Positions 47,601 to 59,522 of a stretch of 64,000 bases of DNA are shown piece after piece. Each line of letters begins with the position of its first letter. Position 1 is the stretch's first letter. The stretch is from assembly GCA_950097015.1 (NCBI GenBank), contig CATNEN010000011.1, positions 5,518,001 to 5,582,000 of the forward strand, written 5' to 3'. The stretch is from Macrostomum hystrix (taxonomy: Eukaryota; Animalia; Platyhelminthes). Made by a program: the position numbers and the translations under genes. The notes under the pieces were generated by a model that saw only the letters and a program-made list of their open reading frames with translations, was not told the DNA's origin and searched no databases.

Positions 47601-50600
47601 CAGATGGTAGGTTAGTAGAGCAGACAGATGGTAGGTGAGCAGAGTAGACTGAGGGTAGGTTAGCAGAGTAGACAGAGGGTAAGTTAGAAGAGTAGACTGA
47701 GGGTAGGTTAGCAGAGTAGACTGAGGGTAGGTTAGCAGAGTAGACTGAGGGTAGTTTAGTATAGCAGACAGATGGTAGGTTAGTAGAGTAGACTGAGGGT
47801 AGGTTAGTAGAGCAGACAGATGGTAGGTTAATAGAGCAGACAGATGGTAGGTTAGTGGAGTAGACAGATGGTAGGTTAGTAGAGCAGACAGATGGTAGGT
47901 TAGTAGAGCAGACAGATGGTAGGTTAGTGGAGTAGACAGATAGTAGGTTAGTAGAGCAGACAGATGGTAGGTTAGTAGAGTAGACTGAGGGTAGGTTAGT
48001 GGAGTAGACAGATGGTAGGTTAGTAGAGCAGACAGATGGTAGGTTAGTAGAGCAGACAGATGGTAGGTTAGTAGAGCAGACAGAGGGTAGGTTAGTAGAG
48101 CAGACAGATGGTAGGTTAGTATAGCAGACAGATGGTAGGTTAGTAGAGCAGACAGATGGTAGGTTAGTAGAGCAGACAGATGGTAGGTTAGTAGAGCAGA
48201 CAGATGGTAGGTTAGTAGAGCAGACAGATGGTAGGTTAGTAGAGCAGACAGATGGTAGGTTAGTAGAGCAGACAGAGGCTTTATTAGCAGAGTAGACGGA
48301 GGGTAGGTTAGTAGAGTAGACAGATGGTAGGTTAGTAGAGTAGACAGATGGTAGGTTAGTAGAGTAGACAGATGGTAGGTTAGTAGAGTAGACAGATGGT
48401 AGGTTAGTAGAGTAGACAGATGGTAGGTTAGTAGAGTAGACAGATGGTAGGTTAGTAGAGCAGACAGATGGTAGGTTAGTAGAGCAGACAGATGGTAGGT
48501 TAGTAGAGTAGACAGAGGCTTTATTAGCAGAGTAGACGGAGGGTAGGTTAGTAGAGTAGACAGATGGTAGGTTAGTAGAGCAGACAGATGGTAGGTTAGT
48601 AGAGCAGACAGATGGTAGGTTAGTACAGCAGACAGATGGTAGGTTAGTAGAGCAGACAGATGGTAGGTTAGTAGAGCAGACAGATGGTAGGTTAGTAGAG
48701 CAGACAGATGGTAGGTTAGTAGAGTAGACAGAGGCTTTATTAGCAGAGTAGACGGAGGGTAGGTTAGTAGAGTAGACAGATGGTAGGTTAGTAGAGCAGA
48801 CAGATGGTAGGTTAATAGAGTAGACAGATGGTAGGTTAGTAGAGCAGACAGATGGTAGGTTAGTAGAGCAGACAGATGGTAGGTTAGTAGAGCAGACAGA
48901 TGGTAGGTTAGTAGAGCAGACAGATGGTAGGTTAATAGAGCAGACAGATGGTAGGTTAGTAGAGCAGACAGATGGTAGGTTAGTAGAGCAGACAGATGGT
49001 AGGTTAGTAGAGCAGACAGATGGTAGGTTAGTAGAGCAGACAGATGGTAGGTTAGTAGAGCAGACAGATGGTAGGTTAGTAGAGCAGACAGATGGTAGGT
49101 TAGTAGAGCAGACAGATGGTAGGTTAGTAGAGCAGACAGATGGTAGGTTAGTAGAGTAGACAGAGGCTTTATTAGCAGAGTAGACGGAGGGTAGGTTAGT
49201 AGAGTAGACAGATGGTAGGTTAGTAGAGCAGACAGATGGTAGGTTAGTAGAGCAGACAGATGGTAGGTTAATAGAGCAGACAGATGGTAGGTTAGTAGAG
49301 CAGACAGATGGTAGGTTAGTAGAGCAGACAGATGGTAGGTTAGTAGAGCAGACAGATGGTAGGTTTGTAGAGCAGACAGATGGTAGGTTAGTAGAGCAGA
49401 CAGATGGTAGGTTAGTAGAGCAGACAGATGGTAGGTTAGTAGAGTAGACAGAGGCTTTATTAGCAGAGTAGACGGAGGGTAGGTTAGTAGAGTAGACAGA
49501 TGGTAGGTTAGTAGAGCAGACAGATGGTAGGTTAGTAGAGCAGACAGATGGTAGGTTAATAGAGCAGACAGATGGTAGGTTAGTAGAGCAGACAGATGGT
49601 AGGTTAGTAGAGCAGACAGATGGTAGGTTAGTAGAGCAGACAGATGGTAGGTTAGTAGAGCAGACAGATGGTAGGTTAGTAGAGCAGACAGATGGTAGGT
49701 TAGTAGAGCAGACAGATGGTAGGTTAGTAGAGCAGACAGATGGTAGGTTAGTAGAGCAGACAGATGGTAGGTTAGTAGAGCAGACAGATGGTAGGTTAGT
49801 AGAGCAGACAGATGGTAGGTTAGTAGAGCAGACAGATGGTAGGTTAGTAGAGCAGACAGATGGTAGGTTAGTAGAGCAGACAGATGGTAGGTTAGTAGAG
49901 CAGACAGATGGTAGGTTAGTAGAGCAGACAGATGGTAGGTTAGTAGAGCAGACAGAGGCTTTATTAGCAGAGTAGACGGAGGGTAGGTTAGTAGAGTAGA
50001 CAGATGGTAGGTTAGTAGAGTAGACAGATGGTAGGTTAGTAGAGTAGACAGATGGTAGGTTAGTAGAGTAGACAGATGGTAGGTTAGTAGAGCAGACAGA
50101 TGGTAGGTTAGTAGAGCAGACAGATGGTAGGTTAGTAGAGCAGACAGATGGTAGGTTAGTAGAGCAGACAGATGGTAGGTTAGTAGAGCAGACAGATGGT
50201 AGGTTAGTAGAGCAGACAGATGGTAGGTTAGTAGAGCAGACAGATGGTAGGTTAGTAGAGCAGACAGATGGTAGGTTAGTAGAGCAGACAGATGGTAGGT
50301 TAGTAGAGCAGACAGATGGTAGGTTAGTAGAGCAGACAGATGGTAGGTTAGTAGAGCAGACAGATGGTAGGTTAGTAGAGCAGACAGATGGTAGGTTAGT
50401 AGAGCAGACAGATGGTAGGTTAGTAGAGCAGACAGATGGTAGGTTAGTAGAGCAGACAGATGGTAGGTTAGTAGAGCAGACAGATGGTAGGTTAGTAGAG
50501 CAGACAGATGGTAGGTTAGTAGAGTAGACAGAGGGTAGGTTAGTAGAGTAGACAGGAGGGTAGGTTAGTAGAGTAGACAGATGGTAGGTTAGTAGAGCAG

Positions 50601-53600
50601 ACAGATGGTAGGTTAGTAGAGCAGACAGATGGTAGGTTAGTAGAGCAGACAGATGGTAGGTTAGTAGAGCAGACAGATGGTAGGTTAGTAGAGCAGACAG
50701 ATGGTAGGTTAGTAGAGCAGACAGATGGTAGGTTAGTAGAGCAGACAGATGGTAGGTTAGTAGAGCAGACAGATGGTAGGTTAGTAGAGCAGACAGATGG
50801 TAGGTTAGTAGAGCAGACAGATGGTAGGTTAGTAGAGCAGACAGATGGTAGGTTAGTAGAGCAGACGATGGTAGGTTAGTAGAGTAGACAGATGGTAGGT
50901 TAGTAGAGCAGACAGATGGTAGGTTAGTAGAGCAGACAGATGGTAGGTTAGTAGAGCAGACAGATGGTAGGTTAGTAGAGCAGACAGATGGTAGGTTAGT
51001 AGAGCAGACAGATGGTAGGTTAGTAGAGCAGACAGATGGTAGGTTAGTAGAGCAGACAGATGGTAGGTTAGTAGAGCAGACAGATGGTAGGTTAGTAGAG
51101 CAGACAGATGGTAGGTTAGTAGAGCAGACAGATGGTAGGTTAGTAGAGCAGACAGATGGTAGGTTAGTAGAGCAGACAGATGGTAGGTTAGTAGAGCAGA
51201 CAGATGGTAGGTTAGTAGAGCAGACAGATGGTAGGTTAGTAGAGCAGACAGATGGTAGGTTAGTAGAGCAGACAGATGGTAGGTTAGTAGAGCAGACAGA
51301 TGGTAGGTTAGTAGAGCAGACAGATGGTAGGTTAGTAGAGCAGACAGATGGTAGGTTAGTAGAGCAGACAGATGGTAGGTTAGTAGAGCAGACAGATGGT
51401 AGGTTAATAGAGCAGACAGATGGTAGGTTAGTAGAGCAGACAGATGGTAGGTTAGTAGAGCAGACAGATGGTAGGTTAGTAGAGCAGACAGATGGTAGGT
51501 TAGTAGAGCAGACAGATGGTAGGTTAGTAGAGCAGACAGATGGTAGGTTAGTAGAGCAGACAGATGGTAGGTTAGTAGAGCAGACAGATGGTAGGTTAGT
51601 AGAGTTGTGACTGGCGGCAAAAAAACACTAATACAGGCGTGTTTTTTTCTGCTCACAAATAGAATTTGAATCGCATTTCTTTATATTCAGGAACAGGCAG
51701 ACTAGCAACAAAATAGGCAAGGAAATTTTACAGATTCCTTTTTTATTGCTCAAAATTCGAGCAAAATATTTATCACAATTTATACTAATTAAGGGCTAAA
51801 GAAGAAATAGCAAAATGTGAAAAGCAACTGGAGAATTAAGAAAATTGGCCAAAACTGATAAACAGTTTTTTGTCTTCATTTCAACCTACATGGCCAGATT
51901 GTAGTGTGGAAGGAAATTGTTGAGTTGGAAAGAGAGCTTGGGCGCGTCACAGAGAGGGAGAGACAGAAGTTGCGTGTTTTATGAGCATACAGTGCCATTG
52001 TGCTGTGAGCTAAAAACACTGCTAGACTCGAGTTGAGAAAGTTGATGGTCTGTGAGAAAATTTTATGTAGCATAGCAAGGCACTGCATATTTAATTTGTT
52101 TTAATGCTTTATCAATTTTCTTCTAAATTAGGATGCAAAAAATAATCTTTTGTTTATCTGAATTCAGCGTTCTAGAAAAATCCTGGGATTTAAAACGGGG
52201 GATTTTTAACTTGAGGATTTCGGAAACGATTTAATAGAGATGACTGTCGCTTAGTTGTCCTGCAATTATGTCAACATTGGGAGGCTGTCAACAATTATCA
52301 CTGTAGGCCTTCTTGTGTGAATTCAATTTTATTCGTTAAACGAAACATACTACTGACTTAATTGCTATAAGTAGGCGAGTAATGAGTTTTTAGTAACGTT
52401 TTGTATTCGCGAATAAAAACTCCATTCGCCCACCACCCATTGAATGTCTCAGCGCCCACCTGTCGGCCCGGATTTTATCCTCGTCCCATCGAGTATCGGA
52501 CTGAGATTCCAGACTCAAGCTCAGCTCCCGGCTACACCTGCTTCCCGCTAGCCGAGCTCAACAGCGCCGAGTGTCGCAAACTTGCATCGACCACCGACTC
52601 CGTCTACCAGACCGAGGGCGGCAGCTGCGCCCAGGTGCCCAACACTGTGGACGATGTGAACAGCGCTGTAAGTAGGAAGACTTCAGAAAAATACGGGAAT
52701 TTGTTTTTTAACGAAAGTTTACGAATGTTAGCGAAAGTTAGCGAAAGTTAATGAAAGTTAGCGAATGTTAATGAAAGTTAGCGAATTTTAATGAAAGTTG
52801 GCGAATTTTAATGAAAGTTGGCGAATTTTAATGAAAGTTAGCGAATTTTAATGAAAGTTGGCGAAGGTTAACGAAAGTTAGCGAATGTTAATGAAAGTTA
52901 GCGAAGTTTAACGAAAATTAACGACGGTTGACGAAAGTTAGCGAAGGTTAACGAAAGTTAGCGAAGGTTAACGAAAGTTAGCGAAGGTTAACGGAACTTT
53001 GCGATGGTTAACGAAAGTTAGCGAAGGTTAACGAAAGTTAGCGAAGGTTAACGAAAGTTAGCGAAGGTTAACGAAAGTTAGCGAATGTTAAAGAATTTTA
53101 ACGAAAGTTAACGAATGTTAACGAAAGCTATTAAATGCGATTTTGAACGAAAGCTACGCACTCCCTCCCCAACTCCTTCCAGCTGAAGTCAGTCAATAGC
53201 AGTACAGTCCGGGCCCAGCTGCTAACAAAGTTCGCAAATACTCAGGGATTCGACAGCATCGACTCAGTCTCAGGCTTCGCTCGCGTTCTGACCGAGCAGC
53301 TTCCAGTAGGAGTGGACTCTGTGCGTTACTTCTCGCCAGCGAATCAGACAAGCACCGTAGTAGACTTGCTCTCATCCGTGTCCGCGTTTGTCTCGAAGGG
53401 TCTGTGGACTGGGGCAGCCGCTCCCAGATTGGTGGCTGGAGAAGCTACAACTGAGTCCGTCTCAGCTGGCGCTGACGAGGAAGTCAAGAAAAACATGGCG
53501 GCAGCTGCGGACGCAGTGCTTCGTGCCATAGACAGTCTGGGATTGGGGCTGCAGACCAGCGCGAGAACCAGCGAGGCGCTGTTTAACACGAACGGCATTG

Positions 53601-56600
53601 GTGAGACCTAGTTGCAGAGGAATCGTAGCAGGATCCTTATCTAGGAATTGAAGCAGGATCCTTATCTTGGAATCGTAGCAGGATCCTTATCTAGGAATCG
53701 AAGCAGGATCCTTATCTTGGAATCGTAGCAGGATCCTTATCTAGGAATCGTAGCAGGATCCTCATCTAGGAATCGTAGCAGGATCAATTGCTATAAATTT
53801 TATATCTAAATTGAAATATTTTTAGTTTGTTAACAAGAAGCGCTAAAGGTTAAATTTCAGTTAATTCGTTACATTCTCGCAGGCATGTCCTGCAGACGCC
53901 TGGCCAGTTCCACCGGTTTTTCCGCCCCGGCCCCCGGAGTCAGCCTGAAGGTGCACTACTCAGGCACCTCGGCAACCGTTGCCTTGGTTACCAGTTCGAT
54001 AGAATTGCCGAATTTATCTCGCTGGCTGCGCCCAGCTTCATCCGGCCAGCAGGTGGTGTCGCAGGTGATTCAAGCCAGCCTGTTTGCCGCTGAAGGCAAA
54101 TTAGAAGACAGCGGCTCCGCCCTGTTTCTCGTGCCGCACATGCCGGACCAGAGAAATCTACGAAATATTCGACGCCAGTGCGTCTTTGTCGACGCCAACG
54201 GTCGTCTGTCGGATCGCGGCTGCTCCGTAGTGACGCACCTTAGCAACGAGAGCAGCACAGCCTGTCTGTGTCAGCACCTCACCAGCTTCGCCGTGGTTGC
54301 CAGCCCCGGAGAGTCGTGGCAGTCGGTGGAGACTCAGCAGTTGATGTCGCGTCATGCTCAACCGCTCCGATTGCTAACCTACATCTGCCTGAGTCTGTCT
54401 ATTCTGTGCCTACTTCTCACCTGCCTGGCCTATCTGCCAATGCGACTGAAGTCGCCAAACGCTGAGAGCGCCATTGTGACATTGCACTGCGTGCACAGGG
54501 CATTGTGCGCCACCCTCATTGTCGCCCAGCTGCTGTTTCTTGTCGGCTTCGAGCGAGTTGAGTTCGGCTTGGTGCCCTGCCAGGTGCTGTCCGGCCTGAC
54601 TGTGTACAGCTTCCTGGCTGTGTTTGCCTGGCTGCTGTGCGAAGGCTTCTTGTACACACAGAGCCTGCTGGTTGTACTGCCCGGAGTTAACTCTGCGCTG
54701 GCCAAGGTGAGAACATTTTTGAGTAGCGTAGAGAGATTTAAAATATGTTTGATAGTTTACTTCGAGTGCACTATACTTTGAGTACAGTTGATTTTGAGTA
54801 CAATAGACAATTTTGAGAATAAAAGACACATTTTGAGTACAGTAGAAGATAGATTTTTAGTACAGTTAAGTTTGAGTACAGCAGATTGATATTGAGTACA
54901 GAAGATTGCTTTTGAGTACAATCGAGTAGCACAGTGAAATAGTAGAATGTTGAGTACACTATAGTAATATAGGGTATTCTAGTAGAATGTTGAGTTCAGT
55001 CGTAGAATGTTGAGTACACTAATAAAATGTTGAGTACGCTAGTAGAATTTTGAGTACACTAATATAATGTTGAGTACACTAGTAGAATGTTGAGTACACT
55101 AGTAGAATGTTAAGTACACTAGTAGAATGTTGAGTACACTAGTAGAATGTTGAGTACACTAATAGAATGTTAAGTACACTAATAGAATGTTGAGTACACT
55201 AGTAGAATGTTGAGTACACTAATAGAATGTTGAGTACACTAGTAGAATGTTGAGTACACTAATAGAATGTTGAGTACACTAGTAGAATGTTGAGTACACT
55301 AATAGAATGTTGAGTACACTAATAGAATGTTGAGTACACTAGTAGAATGTTGAGTACACTAATAGAATGTTGAGTACACTAGTAGAATGTTGAGTACACT
55401 AGTAGAATGTTGAGTACACTAGTAGAATGTTGAGTACACTAATAGAATGTTGAGTACACTAATATAATGTTGAGTACACTAATAGAATGTTGAGTACACT
55501 AATAGAATGTTGAGTACACTAGTAGAATGTTGAGTACACTAATAGAATGTTAAGTACACTTGTCGAATGTTGAGTACACTAATTAATTTGAGTAAACTAG
55601 TAGAGTTTTGATTACACCAGCAGAATTGAAGTACACAAGTAAATTTGAGTACACTAGTAGAAATAGTAGAACTTGAGTACTATATATTAGCTGAGTTTCG
55701 TAACTTTAATTTCAACATTAGCACTATTTGACCGCAGTTAAAGTTCTGGCATTACTGCCTAATCAGCTACCTGGCTCCAGCCATCATCATCGCTATCGTT
55801 GCCGGAGTACGTCGCGATCAGCTCATACAATTGAAGGCCGATCTGTCGTCAGATTCCAGCAGTCTGGAACGTCCCGCGGCATGCTGGCTATCGGAATCTC
55901 TCAGCACCAGGTGGGCCTTCCTTGGACCCATGCTGGCTGTGTGCTTGGCGAATCTGGTGCTATTCATCATCATCATGACTAGAATCAGCCGAAGAGACTT
56001 GGCTTATGCTTCGTCTTCTCACGATGAGGCTGGATCCGCTGAGCAGTTTATTCGAAGGCAGCTGAGAGTGTCACTGTCGCTGGGGGCCCTACTAGGCCTG
56101 AGCTGGTTGCTGAGTGTGCTGTTCCTGTTTGCTCAAATGGAACTGCTGCTAGCCGCAAACTATCTCTTCATATTGCTCAACGGAATGCAAGGCTGCTTCC
56201 TGTTTGTTACGCAGGTGAGTGTTTTGCTTTTTAACTTACTGCTATTGTTTTAGTCCGTTAAAATGTAGGTTATCGTTACTTTTTATTTGTTTTGTTTTAA
56301 TCATTCTGCAATCATATATTTAGTCCGTTAATTATTTATGGTTCATTAACAGTTTTTAATCCACTTATTAACGCTTATTTGCAAATTTTGTCATTATATT
56401 TAGTCTATAAAATTGTATTTGTTCGTATATTAGTATATATAGTTCGTTAATATCTACGATTCTTTAATCTAATTTTTGTTTTTAGTCCGTTAATTATCTA
56501 CAATTCGTTTTTTTTATTTGGTAAATAATTGGTAATGATTTATTGATTTAATGATTGGTCGTTTTAAGACAGTTATTTATGACTTATTCGTTAATTTTCA

Positions 56601-57417
56601 ACGATTACTAACTGTTCAATGCACTTTAAGCGGTTGCACCCTAGCGGTTACAGCGTCGGTCTCACGACTTGAAGGTCGCGGGTTCGATTCCCAACTTCAC
56701 TGGAACATTTTGTGTACTTTTAGCAAGACACATAACTCTGCATTGCTTCAGTTCACCCAGTTGTTGAATTGGTACAGGGCATCAGCTGGGGTAATTGAGG
56801 GTGGGTGTGGCGTCCCCCCAGTCCATGGACTGACACAGCCGTTCGCAGCCTTCAGCTGCTTCTGTGCTGTCGGCTGCGCATCTGATCCCTGATTCCGTTG
56901 AACAAAATTCTCCCAGGTGCTAGCCCACCAGCGCATCCACGAGTCCTGGGAGCGCTGGCTGCTGCAGAGTCGACTAACTCCCACCAAAATGCGTCTGTGG
57001 ATCGAATCCCGTCGAGCTGCACGCCTCACCGGCGGCGGCGTCGGAGGCAACGGCGGCGGTGGCAGCGGCAGCGGCTCCCAGCAGCGGCGAGGCAGTTCGG
57101 CTAGCAGCGGATTCGGCAGCGGAGCCTCCTTAAAAAGCCAGCATTGCTGCAACACATGGTGCTGCTGCTTCTGGTGCCGCTGGTCTGACGGCAACCGTGG
57201 CTTCACCAAGTCAACCTCGGGCGGTGGCCGGACCGACTCGTCGGGTGCCGAATCAGACAGACCGACGGGTCTTGGCCAGGCCCTGCCGAAGCTGGTGGGA
57301 CCAACTGAGCCGAATCTGCCGATTGGGCTTACCCAGGAGCCCATGGCCGAAGCCAAGAGTGTCCTGTTCTATGACAGCAGCTCGTGGCAGCGCTGCGGCA
57401 AGATCTCGCATTTTTAA
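44675..57417 (+). CDS. Adhesion GPCR (GAIN/GPS plus secretin-like 7TM); exons 44675-45018, 45119-45243, 45779-46063, 52453-52667, 53183-53600, 53883-54706, 55738-56214, 56917-57417
   Basis: Signal peptide; T/S mucin exon; GPS CVF..DRGC..TACLCQHL|TSFAV; TM motifs LTYICLSLSILCLLLT, HRALCATL, FLAVFAWLLCEG, CWL, FLGPML..N..LF, LLGLSW, LNGMQGCFLF. All junctions are GT-AG with matching phases. Confidence 0.9.
45290..45665 (-). repeat. 24-bp minisatellite in aGPCR intron 2, reverse complement of the intron-3 array
   Basis: (CTCTACTAACCTACCATCTGACTG)n; its reverse complement differs by one base from the intron-3 unit. Confidence 0.9.
46128..51604 (+). repeat. 24-bp minisatellite in aGPCR intron 3 (~5.5 kb)
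   Basis: (CAGACAGATGGTAGGTTAGTAGAG)n; source of the spurious (LLTYHLSA)n ORF. Confidence 0.97.
52720..53130. repeat. 20-bp minisatellite in aGPCR intron 4
   Basis: (AACGAAAGTTAGCGAAGGTT)n. Confidence 0.9.
53618..53785. repeat. 25-bp minisatellite in aGPCR intron 5
   Basis: (AGGAATCGTAGCAGGATCCTTATCT)n. Confidence 0.9.
54775..55680. repeat. 20-bp minisatellite in aGPCR intron 6
   Basis: (GTTGAGTACACTAGTAGAAT)n with diverged edges. Confidence 0.9.
56630..56890 (+). mobile_element. tRNA-derived SINE with a CORE/V-like central domain in aGPCR intron 7
   Basis: A-box-like TAGCGGTTACAGCG, B-box GGTTCGATTCC (56681), then TGTGTACTTTTAGCAAGACACATAACTCT..GCTTCAGTTCACCCAG..TTGG resembling conserved SINE central domains. 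Confidence 0.7.
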
Positions 57418-57477
57418 AAGGGTCTTAAACAATTTGAGACTGTAGGTCATATGATTGACACTGATTCATAACCTAGA

Positions 57478-58175
57478 AGACACTGGTCTTCTACCTGTTA
57501 GACACTGGTCTTCTACCTGTTAGACACTGGTCTTCTACCTGTTAGACACTGGTCTTCTACCTATTTGACACTGGTCTTCTACCTGTTAGACACTGGTCTT
57601 CTACCTGTTAGACACTGGTCTTCTACCTATTTGACACTGGTCTCTGACCTGTTAGACACTGGTCTTCTACCTGTTAGACACTGGTCTTCTACCTATTTGA
57701 CACTGGTCTCTGACCTGTTAGACACTGGTCTTCTACCTGTTAGACACTGGTCTTCTACCTATTTGACACTGGTCTCTGACCTGTTAGACACTGGTCTTCT
57801 ACCTGTTAGACACTGGTCTTCTACCTATTTGACACTGGTCTCTGACCTGTTAGACACTGGTCTTCTACCTGTTAGACACTGGTCTCTGACCTGTTAGACA
57901 CTGGTCTCTGACCTGTTAGACACTGGTCTCTGACCTGTTAGACAATAATCTCTGACATTTTAGAAACTGGTCTCTCACCTGTTTGGCATTGGTCTCTGAC
58001 CTGTTAGACCTGTTAGACATTGGTCTCTGACCTGTTAGACCTGTTAGACATTGGTCTCTGACCTGATAGACCTGTTAGATATTGGTCTCTGACCTGTTAG
58101 ACACTAGTTTCTGACCTGTTAGACACTGGTCTCTGACCTGTTAGACACTGGTCTCTGACCTGTTAGACACTGGAC
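57478..58175. repeat. 22-bp minisatellite with a 66-bp higher-order unit, just 3' of the aGPCR stop
   Basis: (GACACTGGTCTTCTACCTGTTA)n; the three-unit period appears as 22-aa repeats in ORF 57565..57897. Confidence 0.92.
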
Positions 58176-59522
58176 ATAAGTATATTATCCGTTAGACACA
58201 TAGCTCTGATCTTCAGTCTTAACCTGTTAATGATTTTGGCTTCATTGCTTGCTTGACATTGACTTTAAAATCATATTAACCATGCTTTTGTAAATGTTCT
58301 GTAAAGGTAAAGTTCAGACATTCAGGGGTGCTTTGATCTTATTTCTCACTAGTGTTAATTCTTAACTCGAGGCAAATCAAAATCTATTTTCAACGGTTGA
58401 CCCCAGTGCCGTCTGTATTTTGTTTTAATGTCTTCCAATAGGACCAATTACTACAGTCCGAACATTTTTATCCATGCAGTTATCTATGCATCGTTACTTT
58501 TTAACTGTGATTAATTCATCGAATTGATTTAATCGAATATATGCCATCACTTGCTCTGTCTTCGACATCGACTTCTTCATTTGTATTTTTCTATACATAT
58601 CGGACGACTTTTGTTTTCGTTAAGTCCTGACAGTTGTTTTTTGTTAAGAAATTGATTTGCTGTTTATTGAATCTCAATATTTACTATATGTGTAATCTCT
58701 TATGTTTTTACATTATTTTAATCTCTTAAAAGCCTTTATAGATAAATATTCACCTGTGTAACACAGAAAAAATACTTCCTTTTTTGTGCTATTTTAAAAA
58801 GTTCGTGATATGTTTTTTTCAAAATATAATTTTTCGCCTGATTATTATAAAAAAACAAAGAAAGACATATTTTTGTTTTTTTGTTTTTCGTTTTTAATAG
58901 TATTTTTAACGATAGATAAATATTTTTTCAACTATAGAAATAAAATAATAAACAATAGAATATTAGGGTAAAACCGAAAGTCATATTAAATAATAAAGTT
59001 GATCTATTTCGTTCTCTTGTGCGTGCCAAAACAGTTTGGTGCGCTTAATTTACCATTTATGGCAACAAGTGGGAATATCGATTTTATGATGAACGAGCAC
59101 ACCCACCTCACTCCCCTGACCAAATGTACACCATAATTATTACAAACTTGCTCTGGGTTAAAAATGTAATGTACATTCCCCGATTTTTCATATGTATCTT
59201 ATCTCTTGTTTTTTGCATGCACATTTAAAACGAATCGTTGAAAAAGTACGAGTCTGAAATGTCGAGGAAGTATGTTTTTCAATCACTGGGCTCTTAATTA
59301 GCAATCGATCTGCTTAGGTATAAAAAGCAGGTATAGCAGGTATGAAAATGAACTACTTATATGAAAAACTATTTTGTTTATTCGGCTTCGCAAAGAGATA
59401 ACACTGCACAGACAGGTAAACGTATGTGTAGAAAAAGTATTTATAGCAAAGAAACAAACTTTATGTAGTTTAAGAAAATAGCATCTGGGATATGGAATTT
59501 AACTATTTACTGTTTGTGCAGC

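Noticed and set aside
50853-51656. 267-aa (LLTYHLSA)n ORF
   Set aside because: Antisense translation of the intronic 24-bp array.
54170-54300. GPS lacks both consensus tryptophans (CVFV, RLSD), suggesting a non-cleaved receptor
   Set aside because: The HL|T cleavage triad, the cysteines and the TSFAV stachel start are intact; such variation is common and not decisive by eye.
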